Source: Pseudomonadota bacterium
Lineage (GTDB): Bacteria > Bdellovibrionota > Bdellovibrionia > Bdellovibrionales > Bdellovibrionaceae
Reading direction: 5' to 3'
DNA length: 64,000 bases
NCBI GenBank assembly: GCA_041178425.1
Contig: JBEGVH010000009.1
Span: forward strand, 32,001 to 96,000
The translations under genes were made by a program, and so were the position numbers. Below are positions 28,445 through 38,376 of this stretch, in pieces. Within the stretch, counting starts at the first letter, position 1; the number at the start of each line of letters is the position of its first letter. A model generated the notes under the pieces. That model did not search any database and was not told the DNA's origin. It was given only the letters and a program-made list of their open reading frames with translations.

Positions 28445-30690
28445 TATAACCTCTCCTCCGGTCTGGGAATCTGTACTTTCATACTAGCAAGAGGTTCTTC
28501 TTTTTTCTTCAATCTTTTTACAGGACTAGAGGAAGGTGCAGACTCCACACTACGAATCACTTCTTGGGCGATCTGCTCAGCTCGACTTAAATCTTGAGAG
28601 GAGGAGCTCGTGGGCTTCGATTCGCTAAAACCAATGCGTCCAAACTGAAAATCGCCATCAGCATCATCTTCGTCATCAAAAAGCTCCATGGCGTTTGAAG
28701 AAGAACTACCAGAGAGAGCATCATCATTTCGCAGAGAGCTTGGAAACAGCGGACTTGTTGGTATAGCCAGCTCTTCTGTGTTTGTGGCACTCACCGCGCC
28801 CGTGCCAATCGGTGTCGTTAAAGGAGACATCTCAGGCTCCTCGAAAGCAGCAATCGCGAGAGCCTCCATACTTGGTGTCTTTAATTCACGAAGGGGGCGC
28901 GCCGTTTGGGAGCGATCACTGAGACTTTGCGCGATTTCCTGACTCATGGGAATCTTCAGGGTGATGCAAGTGCCTTCTCCCATTCGCGACTTTACTTGCA
29001 CGTCGGCCTTGTGCTGGCGAAACACACCAGCGGCCATGGCAAGTCCCAGTCCACGATGATCAATCGTTGATCGCGTTGTAAAAAAGGGCTCAAAAACTTT
29101 TTGAATATTCTCAGGAAGGATTCCTTCCCCAGTGTCTTCAATTTCAAGAACAATAGAACCATTTTGCGACCGAGCTCGCAGAGTCAGGTTTTTTCGAAGA
29201 TTCTTTTCCATTGCTTCGACGCTATTTCTTAGCACGGCTCCTAGCGCGGCTTTAAACTCATCGACATCACACTTGATATTGAGATCGGGTTGAATCTCGC
29301 GAATAATCTTAACGCCTCCTCGAAGAAAGGCGCCCTCAACGCTTCTGAGGGCTGATTCAACCAATTCAAAAAGAGGAATCGTTACTGAGGGCACTTGAGC
29401 TTGGCCGCTGTACTGCCCGATACGATCAAGAACATCTCGAGCGTTTCGAACTTCGGTTTCGATGGCTTGTAAGGATCCGCCCTGCGGATTTAACCGGGCA
29501 ATTTGAACATGACCAAGAACCGAAAGAAGCGGGGCTTTCAAGGCGGCTACCACTTTTTCTAAAACACGCAACGAAACCTGCGGTTCAGGAAGCTCCGTCC
29601 CCACCGATGTGGGAGAGTTGAACATCGAAAAGGGCCGCTGCGGAAGCGACGGAACTGGGGACGGAGCTCCTTTGGGCTGCTCCGCAATCACACCATTTTC
29701 AAACCCCACTTTTCTAGATTCAAACACTGGTTTTTCAACAACTTTTTCTACGACTCGTTCAACAATTCGCTCCACCGGCACTTCACGAATGACCACTTCT
29801 GGCTGTCCCAATTTTTGCAAAAGATGCTGAGCCAACCCACCACCCAGCAGGGACAGAGCCAAAATAATCAACAAACCTTGGCCATAAAACATCCAATCCG
29901 TCGTCACCCAAAGGTCTTTTCTCCACTGGCTCACGAGAATGAGCTTCGATGCCGGAATTTTAACAAAGAACGACAGAATATCCTCACCTCGGACATCCTT
30001 TGTTTTAATAGAACCAAAAAGATTCTTATCTTGTCGGATGAGATCATAAGACTTGTCACCGATCATCGAATTACCCAGGTATTCAGACACCGTATGCGCC
30101 AAGGTTAAGCCAGAGTCAGTTGTTAAAAAGGCATGAATCCCCTGGGACTTTAAGCGATCCACTAGATCTTGAAACATTCCTTGAGGCAAAATACCAACAA
30201 GACGAACGTTACTGACCTGGCCTGATCGTCGATCTTTCACTTTTGCCGGTATCGTTAAACTAGACCGAATTTCGCCCTCTGCCACTTGGCTGGCATAGTA
30301 CCCAACGCCTCCACCCTCGAGACCTTGGGTATTGAGCTTTTTCGCCCAAGCTTGTGAGAACTCGTCTTTCAATAAGCCATGGGTTTGTACTTTCCATAGA
30401 AAGTTTAACGAATGACTATCCATCGCTCCCACGGCTAAAAAAGGAGCCAAGGCTTTTTGAGCTTCTTCAAAAAGCCCAGCCTCCATCAAGGTGGCCACTC
30501 GACCCAACTGATTTTTCATTTTTTCTAAATCAGTACTTAACAAATCGCTCATTAAATCGAGTTGGCTTCGAGAATTTTCGGTTAACCAGTGAATACTGAC
30601 TTCTTTTTCTCGACGAACAAAAAGAATAATAGACAAGAGACCCGTCAACAAGATCGTCGCGACGAAAACACCTATAATTTGTTTCTTCAT
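28444..30690 (-). CDS. Membrane sensor histidine-kinase-like protein lacking the phospho-His (pseudokinase)
   Basis: Two TMs around a Cache-like periplasmic domain; H-box reads VVAALKAPL; intact NSVEAM, DTGEGI, FEPFFTT, GLGL boxes; acidic disordered tail. Confidence 0.75.
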   Translation of the reverse strand: MKKQIIGVFVATILLTGLLSIILFVRREKEVSIHWLTENSRSQLDLMSDLLSTDLEKMKNQLGRVATLMEAGLFEEAQKALAPFLAVGAMDSHSLNFLWKVQTHGLLKDEFSQAWAKKLNTQGLEGGGVGYYASQVAEGEIRSSLTIPAKVKDRRSGQVSNVRLVGILPQGMFQDLVDRLKSQGIHAFLTTDSGLTLAHTVSEYLGNSMIGDKSYDLIRQDKNLFGSIKTKDVRGEDILSFFVKIPASKLILVSQWRKDLWVTTDWMFYGQGLLIILALSLLGGGLAQHLLQKLGQPEVVIREVPVERIVERVVEKVVEKPVFESRKVGFENGVIAEQPKGAPSPVPSLPQRPFSMFNSPTSVGTELPEPQVSLRVLEKVVAALKAPLLSVLGHVQIARLNPQGGSLQAIETEVRNARDVLDRIGQYSGQAQVPSVTIPLFELVESALRSVEGAFLRGGVKIIREIQPDLNIKCDVDEFKAALGAVLRNSVEAMEKNLRKNLTLRARSQNGSIVLEIEDTGEGILPENIQKVFEPFFTTRSTIDHRGLGLAMAAGVFRQHKADVQVKSRMGEGTCITLKIPMSQEIAQSLSDRSQTARPLRELKTPSMEALAIAAFEEPEMSPLTTPIGTGAVSATNTEELAIPTSPLFPSSLRNDDALSGSSSSNAMELFDDEDDADGDFQFGRIGFSESKPTSSSSQDLSRAEQIAQEVIRSVESAPSSSPVKRLKKKEEPLASMKVQIPRPEERL

Positions 30691-30795
30691 CCGTGATTCC
30701 CTCAAAGGTAATTAACATCTTGCATCAATGCAAAATGAGGCTATCTAAAAGTATTGTTCCTGACGAAAGCCTAAGAATCAAGTATATTGGCGCTC

Positions 30796-32406
30796 ATGAA
30801 AACACATCGTTCTGATTTTTTGGTTATTGGCTCCGGTCTCGCAGGCTTATCCTTTGCGCTTAAGGTCGCCGACCATGGAAAAGTGAATCTCCTTTCGAAA
30901 ACACAACTTCCCGATACCAATTCCTCGATGGCCCAAGGAGGAATTGCCGCCGTGATGGGGCAAGATGATTCATTTGAAAGCCACGTTCGCGATACCCATA
31001 TTGCCGGAGCGGGACTGTGTCGAGATGAAGTGGTAAGAAATTTTGTTTCACAGGGACCGGCACGAATCCAAGACCTTCTCTCCTGGGGCGTTGAATTTGA
31101 CAAAGACCTCACACGCGAAGGCGGACATAGCTTTAGGCGCATTCTTCACCACGAAGATCAAACAGGAATGGCCATCCATAAACGTCTTCTTGAATTAGCC
31201 AAAGCCCATCCGAACATAGAAATATTTGAACACCACTTTGCCATAGACCTGATTCTCAATAAAAAAATTTGGCCCTACCAAATGGGACCGTTGTACTGCC
31301 TCGGTACTTACGCCCTTGAAACACAAACAAATGATGTGGCTAGTTTTTTAAGCCCGCACACGGTTCTTGCCACCGGAGGCGCTGGTAAATCTTATTTGTA
31401 TACATCGAATTGGGAAGGCGCCACCGGAGATGGGGTCGCTATGGCCTACCGAGCTGGGGCCCGAGTGGCCAACATGGAATTCATGCAATTCCACCCTACC
31501 TGCCTTTATCACCCAGAGGCGCGTAACTTCCTTTTAACTGAAGCTTTGCGTGGGGAAGGCGGAGAACTAATCAATAATAAGGGCGAAGCCTTTATGAAAA
31601 AGCAACACCCACTAGGAAGCCTTGCTCCGAGAGATATCGTTGCTCGAGGAATTGATGCCGAAATTAAACGATCCGGAGCCGAGTGCGTTTACCTCGATCT
31701 TCGCCACCACAAAAGGGAATTCCTACAACAGCGTTTTCCGATGATCTTTCAAAAGTGTCTCGACTACGGATGGGACATGAGTCAGACGCCAATCCCCGTA
31801 GTACCGGCTGCACACTTTCTTTGTGGAGGTGTGCTCACGGATCTAAATGGGCAAACCGACATCAACGGCCTTTGGGCCCTGGGAGAAAACGCCTGTACCG
31901 GCTTTCATGGAGCGAATCGGTTGGCGAGCAACTCACTTCTAGAATGTTTAACTACCGCCCACAATGCCTCCGAAAGTATCAAAGCCAATTCGGCAAAGTT
32001 GAAGGAGAAAACTCCCGAGGGTGTCGCCATTGATCAAATTCAAGTGCCCGAATGGATTCTCCCCAGCGAACAAAACCCCGATGAATTGGTTGTGATCTCG
32101 CACATGTGGGATGAAATTCGTCGCCTCATGTGGAATTACGTAGGAATTGTTCGTTCCAACAAACGGCTCGAACGTGCACAACACCGTCTCGAGAATATTC
32201 TAAACGAAGTGAGAGACTACTACTCGCACCTTCAACTTAGCTCCGATATTTTGGAGCTGAGAAACATTGCTATCGTCGCTGATCTCACCATTCGCTGCGC
32301 TCTCAAACGCAAAGAATCTCGGGGCATTCACTACACCATCGATTATCCTCCGCGAGCCGATCACGAGTTGCCGCCGAAAGATTCGATTCTGTTAAGAGGT
32401 CTCTAG
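30796..32406 (+). CDS. nadB: L-aspartate oxidase
   Basis: IGSGLAG, AQGGIAAV, REGGHS, QFHPT, LAPRDIVAR, HGANRLASNSLLE, ESRGIHY. Confidence 0.95.
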   Translation: MKTHRSDFLVIGSGLAGLSFALKVADHGKVNLLSKTQLPDTNSSMAQGGIAAVMGQDDSFESHVRDTHIAGAGLCRDEVVRNFVSQGPARIQDLLSWGVEFDKDLTREGGHSFRRILHHEDQTGMAIHKRLLELAKAHPNIEIFEHHFAIDLILNKKIWPYQMGPLYCLGTYALETQTNDVASFLSPHTVLATGGAGKSYLYTSNWEGATGDGVAMAYRAGARVANMEFMQFHPTCLYHPEARNFLLTEALRGEGGELINNKGEAFMKKQHPLGSLAPRDIVARGIDAEIKRSGAECVYLDLRHHKREFLQQRFPMIFQKCLDYGWDMSQTPIPVVPAAHFLCGGVLTDLNGQTDINGLWALGENACTGFHGANRLASNSLLECLTTAHNASESIKANSAKLKEKTPEGVAIDQIQVPEWILPSEQNPDELVVISHMWDEIRRLMWNYVGIVRSNKRLERAQHRLENILNEVRDYYSHLQLSSDILELRNIAIVADLTIRCALKRKESRGIHYTIDYPPRADHELPPKDSILLRGL

Positions 32407-32422
32407 ATATCTGCAATCGAAT

Positions 32423-33328
32423 TTATCGTTCAAAGATCACAAGAAAACGCGAAGCGGAGCAATAGCTGGCACTATAGGCTTGATTGGAATTGGCACAAAA
32501 ATCAGTCCCACTCGCATTATAGGCATTGTAATAGGGAAAATTACTAAAATTCGTCGCATCGGATCCTCCTATGCAAAGACCAAAACGACCATAGGACGAT
32601 GTTGTGGTTGACCAAATGTCGCAAGAATAACTTGAAAAATTATTATACCCATAGATGAGACTCGAGGCCGATGAGACTGTGCTGTTAGTGAGATTGGTGA
32701 TGGTTAAACTCACCGTAGCCTGTGTGACAGTGAAGGGATTAAAACCCGAGGGCTTTGTAAATTTGAAGCGACTATTAATCGGAGTGAAAGTCGTCGACTC
32801 AGAGGCATAAAAAACCATCACCTCGCTCGCCGAGCTATTGATGTTCTCACTCAAAAACTGACTCGCAGTTGTATACAAACTTGTATTGGCTGACCCCTTA
32901 AAATTGAGCGTCCACCCACCTCCATTGGTCGTCATATCACAAAAGGTTGAAAAGGCCGCGATCCCCCCGGGACCATCTGGATCAATCGTATAGTTTCCGC
33001 TGGTAGTTATTTTACCGTAATCAAGAAGGAGCTTGCAATTGGTCGCATTGGTCTCTGAGGTAGTAACATTGGCAGGCTTTTTCGTCAGAAATGCATTCCA
33101 CTCGGTCGCCGTTTTAGTTGGAACAAACAAATTGAGTCCAGAACTATTCACCACCTTATACCATTTGGCTGTACCAGCTCCTGCCCCTTCAAACACATAA
33201 ATCGTTTTTGTTACCCCGCTCGATAGACTATAGCCAGTCGTATAATCCTCAGCCTTGGCGATGTGGCTGAAGGCACTCAAGAAGCAAAGAATTTGAAAAA
33301 TAGTGTTACAAACAGCAACAAACTTCAT
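32423..33328 (-). CDS. Secreted protein with fibrinogen-like N-terminal subdomain
   Basis: Signal peptide; NCK...SGNYTIDPDG...FCDMTTNGGGWTL motif. Confidence 0.7.
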   Translation of the reverse strand: MKFVAVCNTIFQILCFLSAFSHIAKAEDYTTGYSLSSGVTKTIYVFEGAGAGTAKWYKVVNSSGLNLFVPTKTATEWNAFLTKKPANVTTSETNATNCKLLLDYGKITTSGNYTIDPDGPGGIAAFSTFCDMTTNGGGWTLNFKGSANTSLYTTASQFLSENINSSASEVMVFYASESTTFTPINSRFKFTKPSGFNPFTVTQATVSLTITNLTNSTVSSASSLIYGYNNFSSYSCDIWSTTTSSYGRFGLCIGGSDATNFSNFPYYNAYNASGTDFCANSNQAYSASYCSASRFLVIFER

Positions 33329-33578
33329 TCGAAAATTCTGATTTATTTGAGCATAGCTTAGCAAGTTAAATTCTTCGAACCGAAGCTCCCGAGGGCTTTT
33401 TGGGAACTCCATAAATTTTACTTATTTACAGCGGGGGCCAATTTTTGGCAACCGCGCTACCGAATCCAAAAATTCTTCTCAAATATATTCAATTTAGACA
33501 GCTCTCGATGGCACCTTTTGATGGCACGAAAACTGTATCGAGCGATGCACAACCTCGAAATAGCAAGGACCTTGACCC

Positions 33579-36404
33579 ATGACGAAATTAGGCCCAAAGA
33601 CCCTGCTCTACACTCGCGCCATCTTGCTGTGGGCTCTTTTTGTCTTGTCTTTTGCTTTCATAACAACCGAACCCGTTCAAGCCAGTCCCTATGCATTTGG
33701 AGGCGGTGCTTGTAAAACCCAAGGAACCTGGACCGAAAATGCTATCTCTGCCGCAAGAGATCTCAGCACCGTAGTGGAAGGTCTACGAAACGCTGAAGGC
33801 TGCGGACAACTCGCTCACGCTCTTGAAACCTACGTAAAAAGCTTAAACGACAATCTCCGCTCGGTCGAGGAGTACCAAACTCAAACGTCTCGAATGAGCA
33901 CAGTGCAAGATGAAATTGTCGCTTCTCGACAGTACGCCAAGCATCCCGAACTTGGTAGCATCGCTAGTCAATCGATGATTTCAGGAATCAACGAGCTGGC
34001 TGCGCTATCCGTTGGAGGCTCCGTTCAAGACAATAACCGAAGCGAAACCACCACAAGTAACAGCAGATCTTCTCTCCCCGATCTCGGATCTCGGGCTTTT
34101 CGCGTAGGAAAAACTGGTATCGCTCTCACCGACAAAATTTTAGATGCAATGACCGCCGAGGAGATGAAATGCCTTTCTTCTCCTAATCTGATGGGCCCCT
34201 TCTTTACGGCCATGGTACAGCTGAGTGCATCTCTTGTTAATTCCGGCCAAGATTTTTTTGGCAAAGACGTCAGCAGTTTAGTTAACAAAATAACGTCTCT
34301 CGCAAGAACAGTTCACTTCGATCGCATCAACAGAGATCTCAATTGGCTTAACTATCAAAACTCTATGTCGTGCCTGATCGACACTCTATCAGAGGGCTAT
34401 TGTTCAACACTTGATGCCCAAGTACTTTTTAATGAAGAAATGCAAAGAGCCAAACCTATTTCTTGGGCTTGGGACTCGGGCAATAGCTCCAAAGAATGGC
34501 GCGAAAATAAATCAACTCCTTCCGGCAACCCAGAGGCACTAAAGAACTCAATTTTCGAAGGCTACTACGTGCTCACTCAACAGTTACCTGTTGTGACCGC
34601 CTTTCTTGAAAGAATTCAGCGTGGAATCCCACCAAAGAATTATTCTGATGCCAATTTTCAAAATAAAATTCAATCGAATACATTTGGGTACTTTCTTAAT
34701 GAAAGAAACATCGTTGCCGAATGGAATGAGGCACGAACAACCATTACACAAATGACGAGCCTCGAAGCTCAGAAGTCGGCAATCGCCGATACTCTCAAAA
34801 AGCTCGCTCGACTTATCGTAACCCGAAGCGATGCTGAGAGTTCGGGCCTAAACTTTCTCGACCGAGTGACTAACCCTCGCAAAGTGATTTTTCAACTTAT
34901 GGGAAGAGAGATACCCCCAGAGGTTATTGGTAAAAATGGAATGCAGATCGGCCCCGAAAGCTGGCTCGATGTTAACTTTTCTCACTTTATTGGTGATCCT
35001 GGCGCTGCGATGGCGGAGATTTCTAAAAATCTCGATGCGCTTCTTGCGAGCGCCAACCAGGCCGCAGTGGAGTATTACAACTATTGGTTTATCGCAGACC
35101 AACCAGGCCTGATGATCGATTCACTCACGGGAATGACTTACAATATTCCTGAAGCTCTAACAGGGATCCGTGATTATTTAGTGCATTTCTCTAAACAAGA
35201 CTATGTCGATGCTGCTGTTCTGCCGGCCGTCTATGAGACCATCGAAAAAATTAATCGCATTCTGAGTCAATTTCAAAAACTAAGAGAAACTGGTCTCGAT
35301 CTTCAAAAAAAATATGGAGATCTTGATCAGTATCCCATCGAAAAACGACGAGAGCTCCTAGGCAAAGCAATTAATCAATACAAAGACCTCATCGAAATAT
35401 TCTATAACGAATTTATTATTTTAAAAGCTCGTTCGAGTTTTTTGGTCAATCGATTAACTAGTTTTGTGAAAATTGACTATCAAAAGCGACTTCGCCGCAA
35501 AAACTTCGACCCCGCCCAAGACAACGAAGTCTTGCGCGAAATATATTATGCTACCGGAGATCTCGTTTTTGAACGTATGCGGCTTATCTCTTCGAAAAAT
35601 CCAGCAGAGATTGACTCCGATCTTAATCTTGCACAAAGAACTTATTTACAATCCTTACGTTCACTCGAGGACCTCGTAAAGGATAGTTTTGCTGCCGCCA
35701 TTGCTCAGATGAAAATGGAAGTGGAAGGAGTTGATACAACCACCACGGGAATCTTCGAAGACAGTATCATTAGAGCCAATCGTGATTCTGATGCCAGTAC
35801 CGTAGCCCTATGGCAAGCGTGGCTCAGCGATCGGATTTACGATCATTTACCCACATTTCTAAAACCCATCGAAAAACGAACTTGGGATTATCGTGCAGCC
35901 GACAAAATTTACGGCACAGCCCGAATGTACCTTAATCCTGATCGCTATCCCGGAATGTACGCCCTTAACCCCGTAAGAATTTTCTCCAAGAGAGAAGCTC
36001 CTGGTGTGCAGGAAAATGCTAATGGCGCTATTCAAAAAACGTTATCTCTTTTTTGTATTCAATCGTTGGCTTTCCGCGATCAAGGCCCATTTGCACAGAT
36101 CTGCAAAGGGGTCGTATTAAAATCTCCGATCATCGACGATACCTTCAGATCGAAGAATCCTGACTTTCCCTATTTGAATTTTCTCGATGTGTCTTATGAG
36201 CAAATTCAAAATGCTTACCTCCAAACGATCGGCGACGCTAAAAAGAATCTTCCTCAGTTATTTCCAGACCTAAATGAGCCCATTGGGGATGCTAAGCTTC
36301 GTCGATCAAAGAATTTTGATGCCCGTGTCTGTGCTCTCCGCCAACGCAATCGAAACAACTACATCATGTACCTAACTCAAGGACAGTACGGAAACAGAAA
36401 TTAG
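33579..36404 (+). CDS. Large secreted hypothetical protein
   Basis: 941-aa ORF with signal peptide (PVQA), helical, paired Cys; no recognisable motif. Confidence 0.6.
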   Translation: MTKLGPKTLLYTRAILLWALFVLSFAFITTEPVQASPYAFGGGACKTQGTWTENAISAARDLSTVVEGLRNAEGCGQLAHALETYVKSLNDNLRSVEEYQTQTSRMSTVQDEIVASRQYAKHPELGSIASQSMISGINELAALSVGGSVQDNNRSETTTSNSRSSLPDLGSRAFRVGKTGIALTDKILDAMTAEEMKCLSSPNLMGPFFTAMVQLSASLVNSGQDFFGKDVSSLVNKITSLARTVHFDRINRDLNWLNYQNSMSCLIDTLSEGYCSTLDAQVLFNEEMQRAKPISWAWDSGNSSKEWRENKSTPSGNPEALKNSIFEGYYVLTQQLPVVTAFLERIQRGIPPKNYSDANFQNKIQSNTFGYFLNERNIVAEWNEARTTITQMTSLEAQKSAIADTLKKLARLIVTRSDAESSGLNFLDRVTNPRKVIFQLMGREIPPEVIGKNGMQIGPESWLDVNFSHFIGDPGAAMAEISKNLDALLASANQAAVEYYNYWFIADQPGLMIDSLTGMTYNIPEALTGIRDYLVHFSKQDYVDAAVLPAVYETIEKINRILSQFQKLRETGLDLQKKYGDLDQYPIEKRRELLGKAINQYKDLIEIFYNEFIILKARSSFLVNRLTSFVKIDYQKRLRRKNFDPAQDNEVLREIYYATGDLVFERMRLISSKNPAEIDSDLNLAQRTYLQSLRSLEDLVKDSFAAAIAQMKMEVEGVDTTTTGIFEDSIIRANRDSDASTVALWQAWLSDRIYDHLPTFLKPIEKRTWDYRAADKIYGTARMYLNPDRYPGMYALNPVRIFSKREAPGVQENANGAIQKTLSLFCIQSLAFRDQGPFAQICKGVVLKSPIIDDTFRSKNPDFPYLNFLDVSYEQIQNAYLQTIGDAKKNLPQLFPDLNEPIGDAKLRRSKNFDARVCALRQRNRNNYIMYLTQGQYGNRN

Positions 36405-36560
36405 GCGAACTTTTCCGTTAAAAACCGACGTTGGTCTAGATTGTCATTCCTTCGTCAACTTCCAACCACTTTTCGCCGATCTGGTAAGGGACTTTGTTGG
36501 AGGTATACAACGCATGGGAGATGTATGGTGAATTTCGATGAAGCCAAATCCAAAAGGCAA

Positions 36561-37043
36561 ATGCCCGTGGCCGATCCCAAACTTGATCTTATTTTTGAAC
36601 GCACTTCCAACCTTAGCGTTGAACAAGTGTGGAAGGGTTGGACTGATCCCGAAACCCTAATGAAGTGGTTCTGCCCTCGCCCATGGAAAGTCACCTCTTG
36701 CCGCACCGATTTGAGAGCCGGTGGAGAGTTTCACACCATCATGGAAGGTCCTAACGGTGAACGAAATATCGGTGATGGGTGTTACCTAGAGGTGGTCCCT
36801 TACAAAAAGCTTGTTTGGACCAATATGATGTCAAAAGACTATCGCCCAAACCCAGCGGACGTGATGGGTTTTCCCTTTGTCGTCACAGTTGAATTTGAGT
36901 CAGCACCTCAAGGTTCCATTTATCGGGCGACCGTTCAACACAGCGACTCTGAAGGGCGCAGCACCCACGAAAAAATGGGATTTCAAGAGGGCTGGGGCAT
37001 GGCTTTTAATCAGCTCATTGAGCACTACAGCTCTGTTAAATAA
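36561..37043 (+). CDS. SRPBCC/AHSA1-like (START-fold) protein
   Basis: VWKGWTDPETLMKWFCPRPW, DLRAGG, GCYLEVV, HEKMGFQEGWG. Confidence 0.85.
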   Translation: MPVADPKLDLIFERTSNLSVEQVWKGWTDPETLMKWFCPRPWKVTSCRTDLRAGGEFHTIMEGPNGERNIGDGCYLEVVPYKKLVWTNMMSKDYRPNPADVMGFPFVVTVEFESAPQGSIYRATVQHSDSEGRSTHEKMGFQEGWGMAFNQLIEHYSSVK

Positions 37044-37046
37044 AAT

Positions 37047-38231
37047 CTAGTTTTGCATTTGCTTTTTTAGTTGGAGCGCAGCCATGGCGTAGCCGCCATC
37101 GGCGCCATCAATAAAATGAATATGTCCGTTATTGCTAGGATCTTTAGCAACGCAGGTCATTAAGGCATGGGCACTTTTGTGCAATCCAAAAATGACTTTG
37201 TTCTCTCGATGCAAGGTTTCTAGAAGATGCCTGATTTGAATAATTTCTTCAGGAGAACAATCAAGCACCATTCTCAGCGTTTCATCAAACTTTTTAGAAT
37301 CCGAGTTGAGGATCACCTCTTTTTTATATTTCTCAGGTCTAAACGATCCTAATGGAAAATTAAAGTTCAAACTTAAATTGGCCACCAAACTCGAAACACA
37401 AGAGAAGAACCAGCGAAACACAAAATTACCACTCATTCGAAGCTTTGCTTCCGCTGTGACAGTGTGAGGCACCAAGGGCCAGGAGAGATTGTTCAAACTT
37501 ACGGGCGAAGCATTGGTAAAATTTTGATTTAGAATTTGTGATAACTGCGAAACAAGGTCTTTCAATATCTCGCCCTGTTGAGTGCTATCCCCTTTTGGCT
37601 TACACAAGACCGTTAGCATTTCTCCTCGTAGGGAGCGAAGAGGAGTTAATCGACAAGACAGACCATCCAGAGGATGTGTGGTCTTTTGATAAAGCTCATC
37701 TTCTGCCATCTCGATATGCTGAACGCGAGGATCATTCGACTTCATGAGATGCTCAGCAAACGACAAGCCACCCCCCCGAAACTGAGCAAGAGAGTGTTGA
37801 GGACTCAACTGAAACTTCGCAATAAAGACGTCCTGCTGCATTTCATTTAACAAAGAAAGGGGCACACTCGAGACTCTCAGATCGATGTTGAACTCCTCTT
37901 GAGCCATGCGTTTGAGTCGTCTCAACTCATCCAGAAGAGGAGCTAAGAGGGTGTTTGGCACTAAGAGGGTGGCGCCATCTCCACCAAACACAAAGGGGAC
38001 TTCGGTCGACCCAGCCACATTGATAAAAGCGGTTATGGTGGCAGCCCCAATGAGATTCACGTTTTTGTATTGACCACTTTGAATAGCCTTGGTGGAACCC
38101 TTGATATCCGAAAGCACGAGCGTCCAATCAGAGGGCACCTTTGCAAACATTTGTGATTCACTGACCGCCGAAAAATTATCGAAGGCCGGGAGATTGAGGT
38201 AAAATAAAAACTCAAGCTTGTGGTCTGGCAC
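37047..38231 (-). CDS. DUF3095-like protein
   Basis: DIKGSTKAI..GQYKNVN, FVFGGDGA, GLSCR, KFDETLRMVLDC, HIHFIDGADGGYAMAA. Confidence 0.75.
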   Translation of the reverse strand: MPDHKLEFLFYLNLPAFDNFSAVSESQMFAKVPSDWTLVLSDIKGSTKAIQSGQYKNVNLIGAATITAFINVAGSTEVPFVFGGDGATLLVPNTLLAPLLDELRRLKRMAQEEFNIDLRVSSVPLSLLNEMQQDVFIAKFQLSPQHSLAQFRGGGLSFAEHLMKSNDPRVQHIEMAEDELYQKTTHPLDGLSCRLTPLRSLRGEMLTVLCKPKGDSTQQGEILKDLVSQLSQILNQNFTNASPVSLNNLSWPLVPHTVTAEAKLRMSGNFVFRWFFSCVSSLVANLSLNFNFPLGSFRPEKYKKEVILNSDSKKFDETLRMVLDCSPEEIIQIRHLLETLHRENKVIFGLHKSAHALMTCVAKDPSNNGHIHFIDGADGGYAMAALQLKKQMQN

Positions 38232-38295
38232 TCATTGCCCCCTTCTCTTCAAAACTCTATTTTAGGCAGACTGCACCTAAATTCAACTCCAAAAG

Positions 38296-38311
38296 TGGTG
38301 CACCTCTTGCA
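38296..38311 (+). promoter_or_regulatory. Putative sigma-54 promoter
   Basis: TGGTGCACCTCTTGCA has GG-N10-GC spacing, ~65 bp upstream of ORF 38377. Confidence 0.45.
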
Positions 38312-38376
38312 ACGAGTGATAAATCCGAACGGTTTAGTTCCCAGGAACTATGGCCCTTTCGTTTTGAGGTAAAATA

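Noticed and set aside
32423..33328. Diversity-generating retroelement target
   Set aside because: No reverse transcriptase and no template/variable repeat pair seen in the window
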